Assembly: GCA_016870995.1 (NCBI GenBank)
Contig: VFZU01000014.1
Coordinates: 4,815 to 68,814, forward strand
Direction of reading: 5' to 3'
DNA length: 64,000 nucleotides
Source of the DNA: Acidobacteriota bacterium
GTDB lineage: Bacteria > Acidobacteriota > Terriglobia > Bryobacterales > Bryobacteraceae
Of this stretch, positions 10,276-20,725 are shown in pieces. Position 1 is the stretch's first letter. Each line of letters begins with the position of its first letter. The position numbers and the translations under genes were made by a program. The notes under the pieces are model-generated. The model was not told the origin of the DNA, did not search any database, and saw nothing but the letters and a program-made list of their open reading frames with translations.

Positions 10276-11421
10276 CTAGCTGGTCTGCACGGATTGCCAG
10301 TTTCGTTCGCGCGCGCTCTTGAGCACGGCGTCGGTGACGTATTCCGTTTGCAGCGCATCGCGGAAGGAGGGAGCCGCAGGACTTCCCTTCTCCAGCGCAG
10401 TGACAAAATCGGCAACCTGGTGCACAAAGCTGTGCTCGTATCCAATCTGGAGACCAGGAACCCACCAGTTCTTCATGTAGGGTTGATCTCCATCAGAGAC
10501 GTGGATGCTCTTCCAGCCGCGCAGCTTTCCTTCGTCAGCATGATCGAAGTATTGGAGGCGGTGCAGATCATGGAGATCCCAGAAGAGAGAGGCCTTCTCG
10601 CCGTTCATTTCGAGAGTGTAGAGCGCCTTGTGGCCGCGGGCATAACGCGTGGCTTCAAAGGTCGCCAATGATCCGTTGGCAAATCTCGCGATGAACAAGC
10701 TGGCGTCGTCGATACCGACCTTCTCCACCTTACCTGTGAGGTTGTGCATGCGTTCTTTGACAAAGGTCTCGGTGGTGGCGCTCACCTCAGTGATCGGTCC
10801 GTTCAGCCACATGGCTGTATCGATGCAATGGGCCAGCAAATCGCCGGTGACGCCGCTGCCGGCGACATCGACATCGAGACGCCACAAAGCCGCCCCTCCT
10901 TGAGGAAGGTCTGCGTTGATGGTCCAATCCTGGAGAAACTTGGCACGATAATGGAACACTCGCCCCAGTCGGCCTTCATCGACGAGTTGTTTCGCCATGG
11001 TTACCGCAGGTACGCGGCGATAGTTGTACCAAACCATGTTGGCAACGCCGGCCTTTTCAACCGCGGCCACCATTGCTTCACTCTCAACCGCATTGCGACC
11101 CAGGGGCTTCTCGCAGAGAATCATTTTGCCGGCCGCAGCAGCAGCCAAAGCGATTTCTTTATGGGTGTCGTTGGGGCTGGCGATATCGATGACGTCGATA
11201 TCCTTACGTTCGATCAACTTGCGCCAGTCGGTCTCGATGGATTCGTAGCCCCAAGTGTCGGCAAAGGCCTGCGCCTTATCCGCGCTACGAGCGCAAGCAG
11301 CCTTGAGGACGATCTCGTGCTCAAGGGGGAAGAAGTTACCAACCTTACGAAAAGCGTTTGAATGGGCTCGGCCCATGAAGCCGTAGCCGACCATTCCGAC
11401 ATTCAGTTTTTTCTTTGTCAT
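10276..11421 (-). CDS. Gfo/Idh/MocA family oxidoreductase (cytoplasmic)
   Basis: [25 protein letters not shown]. Confidence 0.9.
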   Translation of the reverse strand: MTKKKLNVGMVGYGFMGRAHSNAFRKVGNFFPLEHEIVLKAACARSADKAQAFADTWGYESIETDWRKLIERKDIDVIDIASPNDTHKEIALAAAAAGKMILCEKPLGRNAVESEAMVAAVEKAGVANMVWYNYRRVPAVTMAKQLVDEGRLGRVFHYRAKFLQDWTINADLPQGGAALWRLDVDVAGSGVTGDLLAHCIDTAMWLNGPITEVSATTETFVKERMHNLTGKVEKVGIDDASLFIARFANGSLATFEATRYARGHKALYTLEMNGEKASLFWDLHDLHRLQYFDHADEGKLRGWKSIHVSDGDQPYMKNWWVPGLQIGYEHSFVHQVADFVTALEKGSPAAPSFRDALQTEYVTDAVLKSARERNWQSVQTS

Positions 11422-11427
11422 TCGTTG

Positions 11428-12471
11428 TTACTCCGTCCAACCGTGGGCTTCGCGCACTGCAATCATGCTGGCGAGGATGCTATTCCACGTATCCTGTTTC
11501 ATCAGCGTTTCGTTGGTGAACATGCAGCCGTCCCAGCAGATGTGACGGAATGCCTTGGTCAATTGCCCATCGGCGCCGCGCAGCCAATGGCCAGCGTCGC
11601 GAGCCACATTGAGCTTGCCATTCGGGTCGGTGGGAAGGCAGTGGCGGCCTGTCTTGTCATGTGAGCCAGATCCCTTGACGGTGGCATCGTTCTGGGCGAC
11701 GTGGAAGTCAAACGTCCAAGGCCGCAGGGCAGCGGTCATTTGAGCAAGTGCGGATTCGAGCGGTTGACGATCTTTCCAATCGTAATTTTCCGGTAAAATG
11801 CGATGTTCTGGCGCGTTGTAGCCCATCGTGTAGAGCAGCGTGTGGGCCATATCCGCCTGGAAGCCAACTGTCTCTGGCTCGCCGGTGAGCTCGAGCAATT
11901 CCTGCATGTACTTCCAGGAGTGCATGCCACCCCAGCAAATTTCACCTTCGGCAGCGAGCTTTTCGCCGTGATCTTTGGCGATGGCGGCAGCCTCTTTGAA
12001 AGTCGCGGCGATCTTCTTTTGGTTGCCCGCAGGATCCTGGGACCAATCGTGCGGAGAACAGGCCGAATCGATGCGGACAACGCCGTAGGGTCGGACGCCA
12101 AGTTTGCGCAACGATGCCGCGATACCGCAAGCCTTACGTACGCTCGACAGAAATGACGCGTGTTCCTCGGCGGTACCCATAGCTGAACCGCCACCAGTGG
12201 GCGGCCAAACGGGAGCGACAAGGCTGCCGACTACAAAACCTTTGGAAGAAATCTTGTCAGCCAGAGCCTGGATTGCATCCGCATCGGAATCAATACTCGT
12301 GTGCGGCTCGAAGAGAAACAGGTCCACACCATCGAACCGGGTACCGCCGACCTCTGCTTTTGCCGTCAAATCGAGCATCGTATCGAGGTCGATTGGAGGT
12401 TCAGAATCGGGACCCTTGCCGACCAGGCCAGGCCACATGGCGTTGTGGAGTTTAGGGAACACATTCGACAT
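11428..12471 (-). CDS. Xylose-isomerase-like TIM barrel (AP_endonuc_2) sugar phosphate isomerase/epimerase
   Basis: [26 protein letters not shown] metal-ligand pattern; 6 nt from the downstream Gfo/Idh/MocA gene. Confidence 0.8.
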   Translation of the reverse strand: MSNVFPKLHNAMWPGLVGKGPDSEPPIDLDTMLDLTAKAEVGGTRFDGVDLFLFEPHTSIDSDADAIQALADKISSKGFVVGSLVAPVWPPTGGGSAMGTAEEHASFLSSVRKACGIAASLRKLGVRPYGVVRIDSACSPHDWSQDPAGNQKKIAATFKEAAAIAKDHGEKLAAEGEICWGGMHSWKYMQELLELTGEPETVGFQADMAHTLLYTMGYNAPEHRILPENYDWKDRQPLESALAQMTAALRPWTFDFHVAQNDATVKGSGSHDKTGRHCLPTDPNGKLNVARDAGHWLRGADGQLTKAFRHICWDGCMFTNETLMKQDTWNSILASMIAVREAHGWTE

Positions 12472-12537
12472 AGCCAATACAGCATATCAACACAACACCA
12501 GTGTCTATACTATAGCATTTAGGATTGGAGGTGAGCT

Positions 12538-13416
12538 ATGCGTTGGGATCAAGGTCATGAAAGCGAAGATGTAGAAGATCGCCGCGGCGAGGGTGGTGCC
12601 GGAGGCGGCGGGATGGGGTTTGGTGGGTTTGGCGGAATGCGCGTCGGCTTCGGCGGGCTCGTCGTGCTTGGCATTCTGAGCTTTGTCTTCAAAGTCGATC
12701 TGATCAGTCCTTTCCTGGGTGGTGGAGGCTCGATGGCTCCGGTTACTGCCCGGCGAGAACCACGTCCAAGCAGCGCGCAGGAGAATACACTGGCGAAGTT
12801 TGTTGGCTTTGTTCTGGATGACGCGCAAAACACCTGGACGAAGATCCTCCCCGAACAGCAAGGTGTTTCTTATCGCAAAGCTCGACTGGTGTTGTTTCGC
12901 GACGCCGTCCGTAGCGGATGCGGAGATGCCGAGGGCGCCATGGGGCCGTTCTATTGCCCGGCCGACGAGCGCGTCTATATCGACTTAAATTTCTACGATG
13001 AACTCAAGCGTAAGTTCGGCGCACCGGGTGATTTTGCGCAGGCTTATGTGATTGCTCACGAACTGGGGCATCACTTGCAGAACGTGCTCGGGATCGAGCG
13101 CAAAGTGCGAATGCTGCAAGAACGGAATCCCAGGGCTCAGAAGCTATTGAGTGTGTTGATGGAATTACAAGCAGATTGTTTTGCCGGCATCTGGGCCCAT
13201 GAAACCCAGCAACGCGGATTGCTCGAGTCCGGCGACGTTGATGAGGCACTCAAGGCAGCCTCTGCTGTCGGAGATGACCACATCCAGCAAATGACAACGG
13301 GCCGCGTGAGACCAGAAAACTTCACCCACGGCTCGTCGGCCCAACGCAAGGAATGGTTTGCCCGCGGATTCGAAACTGGCAAGGTTAGTGCGTGCAACAC
13401 GTTCGCGGAAAACTAA
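12538..13416 (+). CDS. Neutral zinc metallopeptidase (YpfJ-like)
   Basis: GGAGG RBS; VEDRRG, GPFYCPAD, AHELGHH (HExxH), ELQADCFAG, FTHGSS. Confidence 0.9.
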   Translation: MRWDQGHESEDVEDRRGEGGAGGGGMGFGGFGGMRVGFGGLVVLGILSFVFKVDLISPFLGGGGSMAPVTARREPRPSSAQENTLAKFVGFVLDDAQNTWTKILPEQQGVSYRKARLVLFRDAVRSGCGDAEGAMGPFYCPADERVYIDLNFYDELKRKFGAPGDFAQAYVIAHELGHHLQNVLGIERKVRMLQERNPRAQKLLSVLMELQADCFAGIWAHETQQRGLLESGDVDEALKAASAVGDDHIQQMTTGRVRPENFTHGSSAQRKEWFARGFETGKVSACNTFAEN

Positions 13417-14180
13417 AACCCAAATTCAACCAATGTCTTCGACTGGTAGTCGAGTACGACGGTAGCAAGTACAGCGGGTGGGCTGAACAACGCAATGCCC
13501 GTACTGTGATGGGTGAATTGAGAACCGCGCTGGAACCCGTGCTGAAAAGCGAGATCGAATTGGTTGGCGCTGGAAGAACTGACTCGGGAGTGCATGCCCG
13601 AGGACAGGTGGCGCATGTGAAGTACTCGGCCGCAAAGCCTGCCGTGGAACCGTTTGTGCTGGCGCAGGCCAATCTGAAGCTGCCCGCAGAGATCTCGATA
13701 AGAAAACTTCACAAGGCACCCCTGGCATTTCATGCACGGCACGACGCAACCGAACGAGAGTACGTTTATCAAATCGCAACTCGCAAGACCGCATTCGAGA
13801 AGAAGCATGTCTGGTGGATCAAAGAACCTTTAAATGTCGCGGCCATGCAGGCCGGAGCGGCTCTCCTCGTGGGGCGGCACGACTTCAAGTGCTTTCAAGC
13901 GCAAGATCCGGGGCGGCCCAATGAATCCTCGATTGTGGTGGTGAATCAGGCAGCAATCGAGATACTGGAAGACCGTCTTTTGTTTCGGATTGCGACCTCA
14001 CACTTTGTCTGGAGGATGGTGAGGAGACTGACGGGCGTACTCGTGAAACTTGGCCTCGGTGAGATTTCGATCGAAGACCTCCAACTACTGTTAGAAGGCA
14101 AGGAACATTCAAGGCTGGATGTGGCGGCCTGGACGGCACCATCGGCAGGTTTGTTCTTCGAGCGGGTCAGCTACAACTAA
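13392..14180 (+). CDS. truA: tRNA pseudouridine(38-40) synthase
   Basis: EYDGS, GAGRTDSGVHARGQV, FHAR, GRHDF, FVWRMVRR, TAPSAGLF. Start uncertain (GTG overlapping the upstream gene). Confidence 0.92.
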   Translation: MQHVRGKLKPKFNQCLRLVVEYDGSKYSGWAEQRNARTVMGELRTALEPVLKSEIELVGAGRTDSGVHARGQVAHVKYSAAKPAVEPFVLAQANLKLPAEISIRKLHKAPLAFHARHDATEREYVYQIATRKTAFEKKHVWWIKEPLNVAAMQAGAALLVGRHDFKCFQAQDPGRPNESSIVVVNQAAIEILEDRLLFRIATSHFVWRMVRRLTGVLVKLGLGEISIEDLQLLLEGKEHSRLDVAAWTAPSAGLFFERVSYN

Positions 14181-14650
14181 TTCGCCTTGTCGTGGCAGAA
14201 AGTGCAGTCGTTGGACACTTTCTTTTGACGGTGGCAGTCCATGCAAGACCCCATGGACAACTCTTTCACTTTGGCCATAACTTCCAGCGACGAAACGTCG
14301 CCATGGCATTCAGAACAAGTATTGCCGCCCTCCATATGAGTTCGGTGACTCCAGAAAACGAAGGTGGGTACTTGATAGACACGCACCCAAGGCACACGCT
14401 TCTTTTCTGTGAAGAACTTGGCGAGTTTTTGAATGTCCTCTGAATCCTTCTTGATCACCTGATGACATCCCATACACTTCGCCTCCGCGGGAAACGTCAT
14501 CATCTCCCCTGGAGCAGGATTGATATGGCAGGATTCACACTTCAGGTTGAGCGAACCAGCATGCATCTTGTGGCTAAAGGCGATCGGCTGACGGGGCGGA
14601 TCCGCGCCCCACAACAATAAAGAAATCAAGATCACCGCAAAGTACTTCAT
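14177..14650 (-). CDS. Pentaheme c-type cytochrome (cytochrome c3/ActA/QrcA-like)
   Basis: Five CxxCH motifs (CESCH, CMGCH, CSECH, CMDCH, CTFCH); [10 protein letters not shown] and VPWVRVY...FWSHRTH motifs; N-terminal signal peptide. Confidence 0.88.
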   Translation of the reverse strand: MKYFAVILISLLLWGADPPRQPIAFSHKMHAGSLNLKCESCHINPAPGEMMTFPAEAKCMGCHQVIKKDSEDIQKLAKFFTEKKRVPWVRVYQVPTFVFWSHRTHMEGGNTCSECHGDVSSLEVMAKVKELSMGSCMDCHRQKKVSNDCTFCHDKAN

Positions 14651-16209
14651 AGGTTATTCTTTTTGGCTTGTTCAATGAGATATTCGCTGGCACGCAATGT
14701 CAGAGCAAGGATAGTCAGGGTTGGATTTTGCGCCCCACCGCTGACGAACGAGCTTCCATCGACAACAAATAGATTCTTGTGATCGTGCGTCTGATTGAAT
14801 TGATTCAGAACACTCGTCTTCGGGTCAGAACCCATACGGCAAGTGCCCAACTCATGAATGCTCTCACCGGGCGGAACCATTTCCCAATGCTTGGCGAGGA
14901 TTTCGAAGCCGGCATCTTTGCAAAGCTCTTCGGCAGTGTTCATCGAGTCTTTGGCCATTGCAAATTCGTTGGCTGTGTACTTCTGCTGAATGTGAAGCAC
15001 GGGGATGCCCCAAGCGTCGGTCTTCATGCGATTGATGCGGACAAAGCTCTCGAATCGTGGCAAGACTTCGCCCATGGTGGTTAGCGAGAAGCCGGCTCCT
15101 TGGGAGTCTGCCATTTGCTTCCACAACTTTTCGCCATACGACGAATAGTATTGAGGCCCGGGCGTATTGCCGCTGCCGAAATCGTAGGCGTATCCGCGGA
15201 TGAAGTCTTTGGATTTCGATTTCAAGTTGCGGAATCTTGGAATGTACCCGCCGCCGCCCATCAGGTTGCGAGGCGCATTGCCGCCGCGAGCTTCAGGAAC
15301 GATCGCCTGCACCACGTTCTTCACGTAGAACTGATCGAATAGATAGTGCCCCAGCACTCCGCTGGAATTGGCCAGTTTGCTGTTGAGCAGGATGCGAGTG
15401 GATTCAAGGCAGGAAGCACCCAGAACGACGGCTTTTGCCTTGACATGAAATTCACGTTTTGAAACCCGATCGACGAAATGGGCTCCGGTTACTTTGCCGG
15501 TTGCTTTGTCGCGGCTGAGCTCTCGCACAACAGCGTTTGGAACCAGAGTCAGGTTGCCGGTTGCGATGGCGTCGGGTAACAACAGATTCAAGCTGCTGGC
15601 CAGCGTACCTGTCGACCGGCGTTGCTTGGTGGTGGGAACCTCATGCTTCTTGCAACTCGCGAGAAACCTCTGCACACAAAGGCTGTCTCGCGACTCGTCG
15701 GGAAGTAAAACGCCGTCGGGAATCTGTTCGAAGCCCTCTTTGCGCCCACTGACACGAAACAGCGGCTCGACGCGGTCATAGAAAGGGACCAGGTCTTTGT
15801 AGGCAATCGGCCAGTTATCGCCGAATCCATCATGATCCTTGCACTTGAATTCGTAATCGCTTAAGCGCCAGGAAGCGCGGCCCCAAGCCAGAGTCTTGCC
15901 GCCTACAAGCCGAATGCGAACCCAGTAATACGGGTTGCCGGGATCGTAGGTATATGGATTCTGCTTCTCGTCGGCCCACATGTTGGCCGAGAATTCGTTT
16001 GCCTGCGTGACATGAGGGAAGCGTCCGGGCTTGCCAAAGCCGCGGTAGGGCAGATCGGCCACAGGTCGCAAAACTCGCTGCTTATCCGGGTCAATCATCG
16101 GGCCGGCATCGAGCATGATGCACTTGGCTCCCAATCGAGTGAGAGTATGCGCGGCCATGCCGCCGCTGGCACCGCTTCCAATGATGAGAACGTCGTATTC
16201 AGTCTTCAT
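14647..16209 (-). CDS. GMC family flavoprotein oxidoreductase (large subunit)
   Basis: [12 protein letters not shown] motif, [32 protein letters not shown]. Confidence 0.92.
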   Translation of the reverse strand: MKTEYDVLIIGSGASGGMAAHTLTRLGAKCIMLDAGPMIDPDKQRVLRPVADLPYRGFGKPGRFPHVTQANEFSANMWADEKQNPYTYDPGNPYYWVRIRLVGGKTLAWGRASWRLSDYEFKCKDHDGFGDNWPIAYKDLVPFYDRVEPLFRVSGRKEGFEQIPDGVLLPDESRDSLCVQRFLASCKKHEVPTTKQRRSTGTLASSLNLLLPDAIATGNLTLVPNAVVRELSRDKATGKVTGAHFVDRVSKREFHVKAKAVVLGASCLESTRILLNSKLANSSGVLGHYLFDQFYVKNVVQAIVPEARGGNAPRNLMGGGGYIPRFRNLKSKSKDFIRGYAYDFGSGNTPGPQYYSSYGEKLWKQMADSQGAGFSLTTMGEVLPRFESFVRINRMKTDAWGIPVLHIQQKYTANEFAMAKDSMNTAEELCKDAGFEILAKHWEMVPPGESIHELGTCRMGSDPKTSVLNQFNQTHDHKNLFVVDGSSFVSGGAQNPTLTILALTLRASEYLIEQAKKNNL

Positions 16210-16217
16210 GCCGCACC

Positions 16218-16730
16218 CTATTCAACCGGAAGCCAGTAACTGCCGATACCCGCAGCGCTTCGGCTGCGGGTGGACATGGCTTCGGCCCATTGTCTTGAAT
16301 TGATCGTCGCTTGATGAAATGCCAGTTTCGCTGCCTGCAGGAACTTTGCATAGGGGGCAGAGGGCCCGGCGTAGGTCCACGGCTCGCTCAGTTCTTTCAA
16401 TGCCGCGTCGACACCAGCCTTGCGCCGCAGAAGATAGGTCGCGATTCCTTGCTTGTAGAGCACCTGGATCTCATTTGGGCTTTGGCCCAGAAGGAAATCC
16501 AGGAACTCGGGGGCTTCGGCTTCTTTGGCGCCCGGCCGGCCGTCAAACGGAGGGATCAACGTCTGTCCCAACTCAGCGAATGCTTCCATTTCTGGTGCGC
16601 TGAAGAACTTCGGCAGCCCCATCGAAACGGCTTCGGCTGCAGTGGTAGGGATTTGAGCATCAGACGACTGCCACCCCATGGCGGCCGGGGCCAGCCCGAG
16701 CATTGAGTAGAGAATGGAACGACGTTGCAT
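16218..16730 (-). CDS. Gluconate 2-dehydrogenase subunit 3-like small subunit (Tat carrier)
   Basis: MQRRSIL twin-arginine start; FFS...LIP...[13 protein letters not shown]; directly upstream of the GMC gene. Confidence 0.75.
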   Translation of the reverse strand: MQRRSILYSMLGLAPAAMGWQSSDAQIPTTAAEAVSMGLPKFFSAPEMEAFAELGQTLIPPFDGRPGAKEAEAPEFLDFLLGQSPNEIQVLYKQGIATYLLRRKAGVDAALKELSEPWTYAGPSAPYAKFLQAAKLAFHQATINSRQWAEAMSTRSRSAAGIGSYWLPVE

Positions 16731-16741
16731 GCGGCTCCTGA

Positions 16742-17833
16742 TTACTTGACGAAACGGATGCAGACGGGGCTACCCACATTGACGGGTTTTCCCGCTGGGG
16801 TGAGTTTTCCGCCCGCGACATCTACCTTGAAGGAAACGACCTGATCTGAATTCTGCGCGCCAGCTACCAGGACGTTTGCTTCCGGGGACAGAACGAACCC
16901 ACGAGGAACTTTGCCGCCCAATGGCTGCTGGCCCAACAATTGCAGCCCTCCCGTAAGCGTGGAAGCGCGATAGATCGAGATGCTGTCATGCCCACGATTG
17001 GAGCTTAACAGCAAAGAACCTTTAGGATGGAGAACCACCTCGGCACCGGAAGTGTTGCCTTTGAAATCGGCCGGGATCGCAGAAACTGTGGTGATGGGCT
17101 TTGCGCTGGGTTCGCCTTTCCACCGGAACACACTCACGCTGGACCCCATCTCGTTCAGAACGTAAGTCAAGCCATCTTTGCCAAGAGCAAGATGGCGCGG
17201 CCCGCCACCCTTGGGCAATTCCAGAACGCTCTTTTCCGTGATTGCGCCGGTCTTGGCATCAAACGAGTAGATCTTTATTTCATCAAGCCCAAGGTCCGCC
17301 ACGAAGAGAAACTTGTTGTCTGCGGAAAAATTCACGGAATGGGCGTGCGGACCTTCCTGCCGTGCAGGATTCACACTCTTTCCCTTATGCTGAACCGTCG
17401 CCACGGCCTCGCCCAGCTTGCCATCCGGCCCCACAGGCAAAATCGCGGCAGTGCCACTCGAATAGTTGGCAACGGCGATCCACTTGCCAGTCTTGTCGAA
17501 ATTCAAATGGCAGGGCGCATCGCCTTTGGACTTGACCTTGTTTAACAATTGCAGCTTGCCGTCCGCACCGATCGAGAATGCCGAAACATCGCCATTGCGA
17601 ACTTCGTTTACAGCATAGAGGAACTTGCCCCCCTTACTGGTGGCGAGGAAAGAGGGATTCTCGCTCTCGGCTGCCAGAGTGGGCTCGGACAATTCGCCGG
17701 TGGATTCCTTGAGTTGAACCCGATAAATTCCCTTGCTGCCTCCTGGCTTGGTGTATGTGCCTATGTATGCAACCCGGTCGGCTGCGGCAAGGATCGTGGT
17801 TATTAGTATGGGCAATGCGAAAACGCGTTTCAT
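16742..17833 (-). CDS. Secreted lactonase (YbhE/Pgl 7-bladed propeller)
   Basis: Signal peptide; AYIGTYT, ENPSFLA, ANYSSG, PHAHS, DLGLD, GPRH, SNRGHDSI, PRGF. Confidence 0.9.
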   Translation of the reverse strand: MKRVFALPILITTILAAADRVAYIGTYTKPGGSKGIYRVQLKESTGELSEPTLAAESENPSFLATSKGGKFLYAVNEVRNGDVSAFSIGADGKLQLLNKVKSKGDAPCHLNFDKTGKWIAVANYSSGTAAILPVGPDGKLGEAVATVQHKGKSVNPARQEGPHAHSVNFSADNKFLFVADLGLDEIKIYSFDAKTGAITEKSVLELPKGGGPRHLALGKDGLTYVLNEMGSSVSVFRWKGEPSAKPITTVSAIPADFKGNTSGAEVVLHPKGSLLLSSNRGHDSISIYRASTLTGGLQLLGQQPLGGKVPRGFVLSPEANVLVAGAQNSDQVVSFKVDVAGGKLTPAGKPVNVGSPVCIRFVK

Positions 17834-18882
17834 GATGAGATGCTTTCAGATTCAGAATTCAAACCAACCACCGTGCTGTACTCCTTCAGGAGTTTGGCGA
17901 CGGCAATGGCGAGTGAAAATACGATGGGACCGGCGAATAGGCCGACCAGGCCGAAGGCGTCGATGCCTCCGAGCAATGCGAAGAACATGATCGCCGTATT
18001 CATGCGAGCGCTCTCGCTCAGCACGATGGGCCGAATCACATTATCCGCCATGCTGACGACAAGTAGTCCCCAGGCAAGAAGAATTCCAGCCTTGGCTAAA
18101 GCTCCAATGCTCGCCAGATAAATCACGGCAGGGATCCAGATCAAGCCAGCGCCGATAAAAGGCAGGACACTGAGAAGTGCTGCGAGAGATCCCCAAAAGA
18201 TGCCGGACGGTAAGCCTGTCATCCAGAAGCCTACGGTCGTGAGCGCTCCTTGTGCGAGTGCAACGGCTAAGACCCCATATACGTTGGCGAACATCAAACG
18301 GCGGGTCTCCTCAAAGAGTCCGTTGACCATTGCAGCGGGCAGCGGAATCCAGTGTTTCGACTGATCCATTAGCAATCTGCCGCCGCGAAACAGGAAGAAC
18401 ATTGTGGTGAGAGTGACGACGCTTGAAAAGACCCAGGACCCAAGCCCTTGGATGCTTTTTAATGCGTTCGAAAGAAGACTTGAAGATAATCCGCTCAATC
18501 TGCTTTGAATGAATTCATTGGTCTTTGCAGTATCCCAGCCTAGCTTGGCGCCAAAGAACTGAACGGCGCGATCGAATCGTTCGAGGCTTTCAGGCGAGCT
18601 GATGGCATCGAGTGCGTGCTTCATCTCCTGACTAATCACAACTCCCAAAATGGTCACGGGCACCAGAAACAAAATGCCTGTGCCGAGCGTGCAAATCCAC
18701 GAAGCCAGATTGGGGCGGCCAGTCTTTCGTTCGAGCCATGAGTACACGGGGTAAAACACAATGGCAAGGACGAGCGCCAAAAAGATCTCGCTAAAGAACG
18801 GCCGCAGTACAAGAAAGCATCCGTATCCGAGCCCAAGGAGAAGGATGGCGAGGACAATCCAGGTAGTGATACGAGAATTCAA
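17830..18882 (-). CDS. AI-2E family transporter (PerM-like)
   Basis: Multi-TM profile; LPFIGAGLIWIP, DNVIRP, GLVGLFAGP. Confidence 0.9.
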   Translation of the reverse strand: MNSRITTWIVLAILLLGLGYGCFLVLRPFFSEIFLALVLAIVFYPVYSWLERKTGRPNLASWICTLGTGILFLVPVTILGVVISQEMKHALDAISSPESLERFDRAVQFFGAKLGWDTAKTNEFIQSRLSGLSSSLLSNALKSIQGLGSWVFSSVVTLTTMFFLFRGGRLLMDQSKHWIPLPAAMVNGLFEETRRLMFANVYGVLAVALAQGALTTVGFWMTGLPSGIFWGSLAALLSVLPFIGAGLIWIPAVIYLASIGALAKAGILLAWGLLVVSMADNVIRPIVLSESARMNTAIMFFALLGGIDAFGLVGLFAGPIVFSLAIAVAKLLKEYSTVVGLNSESESISS

Positions 18883-18885
18883 AGC

Positions 18886-20094
18886 CTAGCTCTCCAGCCT
18901 GCGCGCCTGCTTCAGGTAATCGGGATCGAAATCCACACCAAGACCAGTTCCCGTGGGAACAGGAAGCTTGCCATTTCGAATTCTCAAATTCGGGGTGTAC
19001 CAACTGACCGGCTTGGGTATTGCACGGTGAGGAAACTCCATGAAAGGGCCAATGTTTGGAATTGCAGCAGCAAAAGCGACGATCTTCACGCCCGCAGCAT
19101 CGATTTGAGTATTGTGAGGCGTAATCGGTATCTTTGCCTTGGCGGCCATACGGGCAATACGCGCGGCGCGAACGATGCCCCCACAATAATTCAGATCAGG
19201 CTGAACGATGTCGATCACACGACGCTCGATCATGTCGGCGAACTTCCAAAGCGAACTGTCACATTCGCCCCCCGCGACCGGCATTGCAATTGCGTCAGCG
19301 ACCCGTTTGGTTTCTGATTCTTCTTCCCATGGGCACGGCTCTTCAAAGAATGCAATCTTCAAATCGGCCAGCCACTTTGCGGTGTCGATTGCCGAGGCAG
19401 AATCGTAGCCTCCATTGGCATCCACATAAATCGTGATGTCTTCGCCCATGCGCTTGCGAGCCAATTCGAGCATCTTGCGCGTGCGGCCGGGATAATGGTC
19501 GACGTTGCGGTTCATGCGACCGCCAATCTTGAACTTCACTGCCTTGGCCTGCGTCTCGGCGAGCCCCCGGTCGTACACCTCAACTTCCTCTTCGGCTGTG
19601 GTTTCGCGACCCGATCCCGACAGGTAGACCGGGATTTCGGTACGTAGAACTCCGCCCATCAATTCAGGCACAGGCTTCTTGGCAACCCGGCCCATGAGAT
19701 CCCACGTGGCTTGTTCCACCGCCGCCACCGGGCTCCAGAATGGCTGCCCAGCCAATTTGTAGTTTTTGATGTAGACGTCGTCGACGATGGATTCGAGGTC
19801 TCTGGCGTCACGACCGACAAAGCCGGGAATCACTCTGTGCAGAAGAATCGGCAGAAAGTCATCGATCTCTTTGGTGCGCACAACACCTGTCGCTCCATCG
19901 CTCGAATGGACGACAACAAACGTCGCTTTGCCGCTCTCGAGTACTTCCACTTTGGCGATTTTGATAGGAGAAGAGATTTGCTTTCGCAAATCGAACAAGG
20001 GTGCTTCGTAAGCCGGAACACGGCGAGGATAGTCTTGGGCGAATGCTTGGCAAGCGGCTGCTGCGATTGAGGGAACGAACAAGCGGCGTTGCAT
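18886..20094 (-). CDS. Mandelate racemase/muconate lactonizing enzyme family protein with possible twin-arginine signal
   Basis: MQRRLFV start; KAVKFK (KxK), YVDANG, FFEEP, GGECD, IVQPD, PHN. Confidence 0.85.
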   Translation of the reverse strand: MQRRLFVPSIAAAACQAFAQDYPRRVPAYEAPLFDLRKQISSPIKIAKVEVLESGKATFVVVHSSDGATGVVRTKEIDDFLPILLHRVIPGFVGRDARDLESIVDDVYIKNYKLAGQPFWSPVAAVEQATWDLMGRVAKKPVPELMGGVLRTEIPVYLSGSGRETTAEEEVEVYDRGLAETQAKAVKFKIGGRMNRNVDHYPGRTRKMLELARKRMGEDITIYVDANGGYDSASAIDTAKWLADLKIAFFEEPCPWEEESETKRVADAIAMPVAGGECDSSLWKFADMIERRVIDIVQPDLNYCGGIVRAARIARMAAKAKIPITPHNTQIDAAGVKIVAFAAAIPNIGPFMEFPHRAIPKPVSWYTPNLRIRNGKLPVPTGTGLGVDFDPDYLKQARRLES

Positions 20095-20113
20095 TATGAC
20101 CATTAGTATTCTT

Positions 20114-20653
20114 TCACAAGACCGGAGCGTTCAAGGTCGCTTCCGCCTGAAGAAGATGGCGGTGCTCATGGGCCAGCCAAAGATCGAGGGAAAAATCGGC
20201 GGGATACTTCATCCATGTGGCAAAGGGAGATCGGATGGGTATGCCACCCTTGTGTGACTATTGCAGTTGCGAAGCCACTTCGTACACGCGCTGCCGGACA
20301 GGCAGATACTCAGCAATAGCGGACTGCAATTCGCGACGATTTGCAGGTTCGAGGCTGCTGGGGGTTTTCGCTCTTAGCTGCGCCGGATTTGCGATGCGAG
20401 ACAGAAACCAACGCCACCAGAAGGCATAGGTTGTGCCATCACGAACCGCGGGCTCGTTCATCAGAACCGTCCAAAGATCCAGGTATTGAGTAGCGGTCAA
20501 GTTCAGATGTTCCACGCACTGGGCGGCGGACCATCCTTCTCCTGTCGGCCTTTGGTCCTTTTTTGCTTGCCCCAATCGTTCGAACCGCTGCGTGTTCCGC
20601 TCAAACTCCTGATTTCAACAATCGAGGTCGAACTTCTTCGGAGTCTCCGTCAT
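20114..20653 (-). pseudogene. DinB-family gene interrupted by two in-frame stops (TGA 20617-20615, TAG 20260-20258)
   Basis: One frame from ATG 20653 to TGA 20116-20114: MTETPKKFDLDC*NQEFERNTQRFERLGQ...WSAAQCVEHL...QLQ*SHKGGIPIRSPFATW...WLAHEHRHLLQAE. The DinB His motifs (EHL, AHExRH) lie on either side of the TAG. Confidence 0.82.
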
Positions 20654-20725
20654 CGCCCTTGATTAGATCATCGTTCGCAAGCGAATGGGCTGATTCACGA
20701 TTCATCGAATATGATAGAGGATCAA

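Noticed and set aside
20084-20111. Weak dif-like sequence GCGTTGCATTA-TGACCA-TTAGTATTCTT inside the skew transition
   Set aside because: Only about half the positions match E. coli dif, the XerD arm is poor, and it overlaps the enolase start codons.
20114-20653. Stop-codon recoding (Sec/Pyl or alternative code) as the explanation for the DinB stops
   Set aside because: Two different stops are involved, TGA and TAG terminate many neighbouring genes normally, and no other gene shows internal stops.
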